A stretch of DNA of 64,000 nucleotides from Kudoa neothunni. Taxonomy: Eukaryota; Animalia; Cnidaria. The stretch spans positions 962,809 through 1,026,808 of the forward strand of contig OZ199838.1 of the NCBI GenBank assembly GCA_964304625.1. Reading direction: 5' to 3'. Positions 53,901-64,000 of this stretch are shown in pieces (within the stretch, counting starts at the first letter, position 1; each line of letters starts with the position of its first letter). Position numbers and translations under genes: made by a program. Under the pieces are notes generated by a model. That model did no database searches. It was not told the DNA's origin and was given only the letters and a program-made list of their open reading frames with translations.

Positions 53901-54025
53901 AATAAACCTCAAAAAAGCATCATTATTAAGGGAAAATGAAAATTTCACATATAAAATAACATTTATAAACAGAAATTGTTTCAAAATAAATAAAAATCAG
54001 GCAAAAAATGAGTCAGACATCAATT

Positions 54026-57000
54026 TTAATCGCCAACAAAATCCATTAGCCATTTCTATGGAGTAAATAAATTAGACGTTACAACAATCATTGGGTTATC
54101 AACTACCTTGTATTCAATTAAATCAGCTTCAGTAAATTCACTGATATGACTGAGTCTGGTTGCTTCGGGCGCTAAATATGAATATAAAGAATAGAATTAA
54201 AGCAAGTATAAATCGATATTTAATTATTACACTGATCCAAGGTAATCCAGTGTCCATAATAACTCTAGAAATTAGGTTATAAACCAATACAAGATGATAT
54301 CAAATAAAATTGAATTCCATTACAGTAAGGAAAGAGAAATTCTTAAGGGTTAAATGAATGAGCTCCAGATTAGGTTCTGCAACTGAAGTGGTATTTGAAA
54401 TCAATTTATTGCGTTCTAATTCGAGGGTGAACATGATGATAACGTTGGGAGGTACACCAGATGTATCTGCAAACAATAATCCAGTTAATATATCGACCAA
54501 TTAGTCATTTCTATAAAATGGGACCATTGTTAAGTTGGTTTAACGCTGGATTTTCAGTCGAGGAAGAACATTTATACAACTCTCCCAAAACTCTTATCCT
54601 AAATAGGTGAAAAATTTAAACTTGAATATATAATAATTGTACACCCACCCGCAAGCTTTGATATAAAAAATCATTGATTTTTAAGACAAAAGCGCAGATA
54701 CTATTCACAATTGAGAATATCATCGGCTTCGCACTAACATCAGGAATTGACAGGGTATAGTTGACCATGTAATGGAAGTCGGTTTTGAAGAGTTGAATGA
54801 AACACATTGTAGCATACTATCGTAGGTGCATGAAAAATAAAATTAATCAATATGTAAAAATAAATAATTTTATACTTTAACAGCCGTTTCATCACCAGTA
54901 ATGGTCAACTTTGACAGATTCATTATGATGGCTAGCATATCTGAGTTTTTGATCATTTGGGGTGTCTAAAAGTAAAGTATCTATATTGCTAAGGTAATTG
55001 ACTGTGAGATAATCACTTTCACTATGATACTCTCCAATAGCAGATTCAACACACTCACATCATTTGGGGGTAATTCTTTGTACATGAGCATACTGTCGAC
55101 CAAGAGTCCTAAGAGCCGTACTCCGATAGTAACGACACTCTCTCCGTTGTTAGCATGTCTGAGTATAAAAAATACGAATTATAAGAAATAAAACAGAAGA
55201 AATTAATTACATTTTCATCACTTCATTGGGATAATGCCAAAGAAGTACAGCTATAAATTCCCCCACTTTCTAGAAGAAGAAATAGAATCAATGGTCGACA
55301 TAGGAATTACATCGAGAAAATATCTGTCGTCAAATGCATATATTCGCATCAATCTATCAAAGTATTCCGCCAAATAGTTCGTATGCATATTATGAGATAA
55401 TGCCAGACAGATGCACATATCACACAGCGCCTAAAACACAATGAAATAATTAAACTTCGTCTAGACCCTTTCAAATATCAAATAAAAATCAATTTAAAAT
55501 CTCACATTAAACACCGAGCAGTATTTAACATTATAAGGTTTTTCTAGTTGGATAAGTAGTAAACTGTTCCAGATGGGGATATCATCCTACAATATAACTC
55601 CAGTCACTCCCACAATACACAACATATAACGTACCATTTTAATTATTTCAGGATTACACAAATAAACTATAATTTCACAACATCTGTCAACAACATCAAC
55701 TCCTAAAAATAATAATATCACATTAAATCCATCCTAATTTTATAAAAGTTTATTAACTTTGAAAAAATTTCCAACAGGTTTCAAACAACATTGGAAGTAA
55801 TCGAGAGTATGGTAATTCGGTATAAATCTGATAAAAATTAAATAGATATAAATTCGAATAAATCTCTAACAATCTACTCGCAGTAAATAATACAATGCAT
55901 CAATCGAATAAAGAATGTAATCGTTGGAATCAGTGGAACGCTGGATAATATCAATAAGATGACATGAGTATTCATGAACAGCATAGTTGGGAGGATTTTT
56001 CAGGCTGAAAATAAATAAAAAACCAATTAAGTTTAGCCGTCATCAATAAAGCCCAATTACGATTTTATGCACCGAGCTCCCACAACATTGTGTATAGTTG
56101 GACTTTGTAGCCAGTTGAGAAAGGTGACCAAATCACTTAATCAAACGAAAGCATATTTTAAAGTATTTTTTGTTTGAATTACGTTGTATCAGTTGGTGAG
56201 TTTACATTGGGAAAAATAATATGTTTCAAATAAAAATAATAGCTAGCCAAATTACAAAATATTCCAACATGATCTAGAGAATAATCAGTAAATCGTTGTG
56301 TAAAACGATTGATTCATTGTCACTTTCAACGCATTGAGTATCAAACATGTTCATGGACATACTAAGTGATTGATATATCGTTCCAACATCATGAATAAAT
56401 GTAGGATTGGCGTTAGGGTTCTGAATTCCGTTCGCAATTAATGCTATATGGAAGTAATAGGCTTCCATATATTGAATCCTATTGTGAACCATTAATAAAA
56501 AATAGCTAGATTTTTCTCAGTCGTACGCAGTATTGACGCCACCTCTACTTTCTATTATTGCGTGCAATTCAGACGTGTGGAATTTAATGACATTGTAAAA
56601 CTCGACCACACCAATAATCTCTATGATACACTAAAAGGGATAGCAAGCTAAGAAACTGTTCATGAGGAAAACCCGACCATACTGAATATATCACAAAAAT
56701 AAGATCTCTAGTTTGAAATCCGTTATCCTCCATAAAAGTGGACATTTCGGATTCCCAATTGTCAAAAATATCACAGTATTCATTAGATTTGTAGTTTTCC
56801 AATGAGCCTAGAGTTACAGCTGTGTCGTCATCTAGCGACCGATCTTGTTTTCGATGGGAAATCAGGAGGATATGTGTTAGGAAAATTCACTTTCAACTCA
56901 CCCCAACTGTACATTGTGAATACACTCAAAATTTGAATTCGTTTTTTGGCGTAGCTGTTAAGGATTTCATTGAAACTATCGTTAGAAACGATGTTCTCTT

Positions 57001-57071
57001 GCGAAATCTATATCACAGTTAGCATATTTGTTACATTTGAATTCTGTAGGCTATTCTCACACATAACACAT
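54026..57071 (-). CDS. Importin-9-like C-terminal half, copy 2 (two +1 homopolymer frameshifts)
   Basis: Exon-for-exon paralog of 27949-31001, e.g. CFIQLFKTDFHYMVNYTLSIPDVSAKPMIFSIVNSI; ends KWLMDFVGD*. Frameshifts near 56858 and 54667. Confidence 0.6.
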
Positions 57072-57099
57072 AATGCTACCGAAATAATATGTTTTAATT

Positions 57100-57124
57100 G
57101 AGTTATTTTATGACAGAAAATTAA
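57100..57124 (-). promoter_or_regulatory. Conserved 25-nt element upstream of the importin-9 C-half ATG (copy 2)
   Basis: Identical to 31020-31044. Confidence 0.5.
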
Positions 57125-57936
57125 ATAATCAACACAGTATCGTTGTAGGATTATAAATCCTTAATGATTGTTACATATCATTAACTAAATTTTTAAGTTA
57201 ATTTACAGATAGATTAAAGTGATTAAATTAGAAATAATAAATGAACTTGTATTAATTTATCACAACTAATAGCTATTAGGTCTTATATTAAATATAGTTT
57301 TAAAAATAAAACTAAATCTTCTTTTGAGGAAACCCGTTATTACGGGGTTAAAATGTAGAATAATGACAGCAATTTCCGAATAAAGATTGTACTCAGTTCG
57401 TACATTAATTCTACATCTTTAAAATTAAATTAACGTGATATTTGTTAAAACTTTAATGATAGTAATGACTGGATTTCATCAAAAAAATTATTTTTAGAAT
57501 TAAATTCATACAATCGCTACAATTAATCAGCTAATGCTGTTTTTAAAACATGCTATGTCTATTCTTACAGACATAGAATTAATAATAGTCAATTGGTAAG
57601 GACGAAATATGACAACCAATAAAAAATCATAGTTGTCACACTCAAATTTTAGGACAGATAAGACATGCCTTACTCGGTCGATTAAAGGGTATGGTGTGTT
57701 GAAATAACTGCGAGGGGCTAGCAGTTCAATATATGATAGATTACAGCAACTATTATTGATAACAAATACAGTTCCCAAAGTAACCTACTGGAACTGGAGA
57801 AGAAACGATGATAAATACAAAAAATTAAAATAATCAACCGGTTAGATTTTTATCGTGGTCGCTGATTTGGATTACGGCCATTATTAAACATTTTAACTAT
57901 ATATATATGTATATAAAGTAAAATTACTTTTAAAAA

Positions 57937-59875
57937 TTAATATATTAAAGGGTGAGAGTGACCTTGTCTATAAAGCAAATTAACGGTTTCATCAAAAATC
58001 ACCTCTACACTTACTTCAACAATAGAATTTGTTGAACACAAACACTATTATTTAATAACTAATTTAATAATGCTAATGATGTAAATACTTAAAATGAGGA
58101 AATAAATACTAAAGAAAATCGGTTATTCGTGATATCAATTTAATTCTATAATTTATTATTCAAATCCAAAATATATTCACAGTGAAAAACTGTGAATTTA
58201 TACTAAGAGCTTCTTTCTTCATAGTTAAGCTTATGTGAGGAGAAAAAATTCTCTCAAATAAAGAGTCAAATTACATCATTATATATGGAAAGGAGATACA
58301 TCACTCTGATAATTCTTTTGGAATTTGCTGCAATAAACTCATTTACTTTGCCCCATTGAAATATACGTATCAAACAGAACAATGATATTCTTGAAAGGTC
58401 TTCCACCACCTCGTATGAAGCTAAAACATTTATGCAAAATTTGGGAAGATCTTAGTGATTATGAGAAGATTACTTGTTTGTATTTTGTTGATTACAAACT
58501 TAGAATAATAAGAGGATATATAGTAGATCAGATTGATCAAATTGTTTAGCCATTTTTCCTTGTCGTGCTCAATGTGGTAAGGATATTGTATTATTATCAA
58601 ATACACAATCTATACAATAATAGAAATAATTGTTATCGTCGATTTTATATCAAAATAACAGATACACGCATTATCATCAAAATGATGTCAAAATTCTCAC
58701 CACACACATCAATTTCAAAAATCAACAGACTCAGTTGGTCCACAAAGTTCGAAGTAAATAGATAATACTCAGAGTTCATACCATACTATTCTAAGTGAGT
58801 AAATAATAAAGTCGAAATGATTACCCTCACATCGTCTGTGGAATATTTGCTAATTTTTAGCATTAAAACTTCCATCAAAGGTAACAACACTTCCAACAGC
58901 TCATGGGAGTTAACAAATTTCTAATTGATCAAAATAGATAAATTAAACATTCGGATGAACTCCTACATTTTTAAGATCTAATTCAGTATAAAACACTTTA
59001 TTCATCGCGCGTAAACATTCCAAACAAAAATCGATATATTCATAGCCATCTATGTAGCTAATCAATTCTAAATATTTTAAATAATATGACCATTATAAAT
59101 ATGTTTAATTTTGTGAAAAATAATTCATCCAAAAATCTACTTTGAAGTAATACAATGATTTTCGTAAGATCTTCTCTGTTAAAATTATTGACGAGAATTT
59201 GATTTACAATGGGAAGCAAATGCAGATAATCACCAGGTGCGTATTTCGATGTAACCAATCTTATAAATATTTTCAACTATTATTAATAACATCTAGCTCA
59301 ACAAATTTAAACATTTGCACTACCAGTGTGGAATATATCGAGGCGGATTTCTCGATTAAATAAAGTATATATGTATTGTTTGCAATCTCAAGTTTAGAAA
59401 CCTACATTTATTAATTTCACAATCATACGAGTATTGATTGATAAGTATTACGTTCAGGTTGGATTCATCAAGATCGAATTCCATGATTTCTATAAATGTG
59501 GGATTATCACAATATCGAAACGCCAATTCTTTCAGTTTCAATACAGAAATCTAACACATTTTAAGAGTGATCAAAAAAAACAAGAGTTCTCATTAGGATT
59601 AATCCAAATTAGAAATTTCAATTACCAACGCAAGTTCAAAACAGTTACGGGAATCTAACAGATTTTTTATCAGCGCCACGTAATACTCTACTCAAATAGA
59701 TAAAGTTGAAATCCCTCATTTCATTATACTCTATTATAATAATTTACCGTCTAGGTTTTCAATAATTTCATTTTTTTTCCTCTGCCTCTTTTCTTTCAGT
59801 CGCATCAGCGGAATTCATACATCTCAAAACCTTATTGATTTCTTCTATGACTTCTATGGTCTCATTGTCCCCCAT
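57937..59875 (-). CDS. Importin-9-like N-terminal half, copy 2 (+1 frameshift in the T run at 59771-59778)
   Basis: MGDNETIEVIEEINKVLRCMNSADATERKEAEEK...; paralog of 31798-33785; last exon VIFDETVNLLYRQGHSHPLIY*. Confidence 0.58.
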
Positions 59876-62800
59876 TTTTAATATTTAATTAATGAGTGAA
59901 AGTAGTAACGAATCCGGTGCTAAATGAAATGTTTTAATTCAAAATTATAGCAATTAGATTTTACTATAATAGATTTATTGAATATGGGCATTTGTTTTTA
60001 GAGGTTACTAGGTGAAACCCTTAGGCCCAAATAACCACCTTATGTTGCGCGCATGCGTGGAAAAATCAAATTTTTATTTATATATTTAAAGTAGTATTTT
60101 GAAATTTTATTTATTGGTTATTTAATAGGAGAACAAATTTCTAAACATTTCCATTCTATTATTAGTACATCTGCTATGTTCTATTTATAATAAATAAATC
60201 ACTAATTAACTAATCAATTAATTAATCCAGAAAAAATTTTTATATACATAAAAGACGTTTTTCTACCAATTTATAATGAAAATAAACCGAAGAAGAATTG
60301 AAATTATTAATAAAAAAATGTCAGTTTAAGTTATTGTGACCAAGGTATCCATTCGAAACCTTTTTTAAATGAGGTTCGAAATAGGTTAACTTATAATTTA
60401 TAAGTTATAAATTTAGACCACTGTCATGCAATTTTGATATTAACCTTGATTCAATAGTATTTCATATTAGCAAATAAAATTATAATGTAAATTTTAACAA
60501 AATGTCCTGTTGTCCATGTAAGAAATCTCAAACAAACGTTCTAGGAGAATAATTATTCCATGTTCTATGTAAAACGATATGATTCAAAGACATGGCTAAG
60601 TTTCATGGTGTTAAAAAATTTTTGTAGGATACGGTATCACATGTCACATTTTCCAATTAAGTTAAAATAGATGTCACTATAAAATTTGAGGTTTTATTAG
60701 AGAACTACACAGACACCATTCGAAACGATTATTTTACGATATATAAAGCCTTTAAAATTCCAAATTTGTTATAAAATTTCGTAAAAAGTAGAAATTTTAA
60801 CCCTGTAAAATGTTTTAAATAATGCATAATAGTAGTTCTTACAAAAATATGTTTATTGAGCTAAGAGTGGTCAAGGTGAATGACCTGGATGTGAAGCTAG
60901 TTTAGTGCATTTATCATGAGATCATGAACGATCATTCACATTGATCCCTCAAATTTTTTGGTACATTACAATAGGGAGACAGAAAACGATTTGGTGATAT
61001 TTGTAGTCAATGCCTTCGGTACTAGATCATTATAAATTAGTAATAAAGAAATTAATTCTTGATTTTTGTCTAAAAGTTTCTCGATTAATTATAAAATGAT
61101 GTATACTGCGAAAATTATTTATATAGATTAAAGTCACATTTTATCATTCTTCTATGATTTATTATGCACATTATTTTTTAAAATAAAGCTTTTTGAGAAT
61201 TTCACACGTTTTTTAGTTCAAACGAAAGAAATTTTTGCTCTGATTACAACGAAGTTGGACCATAAAGACCAGTCAGATGGACTGATGATTATATTATGAG
61301 GATAAATATTTTTATTCAGTCTATCATTTAATTTAAATTCAGCAAATTGAGGCGTTTATGAGTTTGTGACTTACTTACATGATGCATCGCAGACTAACGG
61401 TAAGTTTTATTATTTTTACTTTTTTATTTTATTATATATTGAGTATTATTATTAATTTTCTTGTAATTTAATATATTTCGCCTTAAAATGAACGTTAACA
61501 TATATTTTATTATAGATTACGACTGGAATAAACCTCCGAAACCTAACCTATATTAACCCTCCTATTCTTGGACGAGGACAGGATGTCCATTATGGTGGTT
61601 TTCTTAAAATATAATATCCTTTTTAAAGTCTCTTAATATTTATATTTTTTTTATTTTATTTAAATGAAACTTTCATTTTATATATTTAATTCTAGCTAAT
61701 TTTTTAAAGTCTAAGATATATACATCGTTGATTTAAAAAAAAAGTTCCACGCACGCTTGGAGATAGACACGCTGTCCAGAAAAATGTGTTTTTAATTTAC
61801 TATTCTAATAAAAGTTTATTAATATTGATATTTTTACGTACCGATTCTGAAAGAATCATTTTTATATTTATAATTAAGGTTAATCAGGTTAAAATGAGTT
61901 ATAGTTGCACCAATTCTAAAGGGGAAAGTTCACTTCCAAAAGTTTAGGAGGTTGACACACCCGTATATCCTTGTGGTTTTCTAGATAATGTATTAAAAAA
62001 TTCCATAAAAAATAAGGTTTTAGTAAATTTAACTAGCAAAGAAACTTAATTTTATATTTTTATTCTTATGTTTAGCATAATTATCATTTTAATGTGAATT
62101 CAACTGAGGCAAGATATATCTACAAGTGATCGTGGACTGTGCGATTATCTAGTCATACATTGAGTTATCTTAGATTTTTATATTTTCCCAGAAATTTCTG
62201 ATATATTCTCAACGTTTACCAATACGTCTATGCTATTCTTCATTATTCTGGAATATTCTACCGCCAACTTTTGGAAAAAAGGGGGTTTTCCATAGGAGGT
62301 CATCAACTTAACAATGATTAAAGACGAGAGGTTTATGTTTATTTTGTCTAAAGATTCTGATACAAGTTAATCCGAAAATATTGAGGAACTAGACGTAATT
62401 ATTGGTGGAACCATTTGATGATGAGAGTGAGAACCCTGATTTTGACAGCAATATAAAAATCGAGGACTCATCAAACGTCATTCCTGTGGTGAGAACATTA
62501 TGACAAGTAATAATCACAACCAACTGGAATTGAAAGACGAACAAATTCTAGAAATGTCTTCTATAAAAAAACTAAGGGTTGTACGTCAGTTATTCCTAAC
62601 CAGGATTTCATCCCGAATCCTTATGGTTCAATGAGCTAGTTGGAGGGGTTCGACGGACGTGGAAATTTTTTTATTGTTCATTATGCGCTGATTTTTTAAC
62701 AGATCCTAGAGTACCGTAGGGAAGTTTCCAATTTTATTTAAACTACAAAGATTGCAACGAAGGTTAAAAAACGATTAAAAAATTAACTTTTCTAATTCAA

Positions 62801-64000
62801 ATTATTTATTATTTAAAATGACGAATTATTGAAAAGTTTTTTTTTGTAAGAACTATCCCAAATTCTTACAATACTAGTAAGTATATAATTAATTTTAAAT
62901 GTACACTTACTTCACGCATCATCAATTCGTCCATTCACGTATAAAGTATTTATTATTAATAATATTTAAAATAATATTTATTATATCCTAAAAATGTATT
63001 TTATATCTGCGGACTTGATAGAGTAATCATAAAAAGACATAAATGAAAAAAAGTTATTACTCTTAAAAAGTAGGGGATTGAATGAGATCGGAAATGTTGA
63101 AATTTACTATACTCAGACGCTGGATAATAACTGTATTATAAAACATAACGGGCGCGGTAGCACACAATGCATTTCAATTGCATCTGGGCTAGGGCCCTCA
63201 ATTCTTAGTTAATACAAGGTTCAGTTACAAAAGATAAAATCCTCAAAAAGCGTTCAGTAAATCTTTTAGAAAAATTTAAAATAATTATACAAATTAACAT
63301 TTGATGAGACAAACAACGGGCCCAGAGAATGCGGACATTATGGTCTATATAAAAGATCTCCGAATAAACAATGTCACGCAAAACTGCAGTACATGTCGAT
63401 CAATCAACTTGTGATGGACAAAGAAAAAGTTAATAAAATGCATAAAATGTTTTTACGAATAATTCTTTGTTCATTTACATATTTCAATGGTTTGTTGAGG
63501 ATGGACACAATGTCCAGAACTTCCAATGAGACTATCGGAAAAATTCCAAGGTTGAACTATTAAAAAACCAAAGGTCGCAAAGAAAACACAATAATATTAT
63601 TATAAATAACAACAATTTTTTATTTTAAACGCCTTTTCTAATTATTGTCGTCAATTGAATCGTCCTCATCAACTTCACAACGTCCAGCTAACAGGTAACA
63701 TGTTTGATCTATTTTTAAAGCCTTCAAGGTATCGTTGGCTCGCTGCTCACATCATGTATTAATTTATTTGTTGGATGCAACATCAAACACGTATTATTTC
63801 TTCTGGCGGACTATTCTGCGAGAAATTTACATTTGACAGTTTTAAGCCTTTAATGAGTTGGTTTATTTAGTTTTTAATGGGTTCATGTAATGCAAAAATT
63901 CGTCTTCAACATTTTCAGTAGCTGGAACTTCTGCCCTTAAGCATCGTGATCAAGCCAATATCTAAAGTCTACTTTTAACCTATCTTGATTGAAGTACATA

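Noticed and set aside
60480-64000. Faint Merlin-, piggyBac- and MULE-like peptide traces
   Set aside because: Too degraded to assign a family or boundaries by eye.
1-64000. tRNA, rRNA or snRNA genes
   Set aside because: No cloverleaf, rRNA or Sm-site/box signatures recognised by eye; a covariance-model search is needed to exclude them.

Overview
Very AT-rich eukaryotic DNA with many short GT-AG introns (mostly about 45-90 nt), so the ORF track captures only exon fragments. The fast-evolving animal-type genes suggest a compact parasitic metazoan such as a myxozoan; this is inference and the species cannot be fixed from the sequence. All gene calls come from manual splicing and remembered family motifs, with no searches run. 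Host genes: a SCYL1/SCYL3-type pseudokinase (-) head-to-head with HUS1 (+); TCTP (-); Gemin7 (+); a small protein with a mitochondrial-presequence-like N-terminus (+); a divergent anoctamin (+). Two diverged ~6.2 kb blocks (27.7-33.9 kb and 53.8-60.0 kb) each appear to encode importin-9 split into an N-terminal and a C-terminal gene. A ~3.9 kb tandem duplication carries a secreted five-Kunitz-domain gene, with a hAT transposon exactly at the junction. The rest is largely decayed, partly nested transposon DNA (piggyBac, pogo-like MITEs, Tc1/IS630, MULE, hAT, Merlin-like, BEL/Pao). The strongest candidates for novelty are the apparent importin-9 fission at the HEAT8 acidic loop, the penta-Kunitz pair whose cores are more diverged than their flanks, and an anoctamin with a degenerate Ca2+ site. 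Many frameshifts are single extra bases in homopolymer runs and may be assembly errors.
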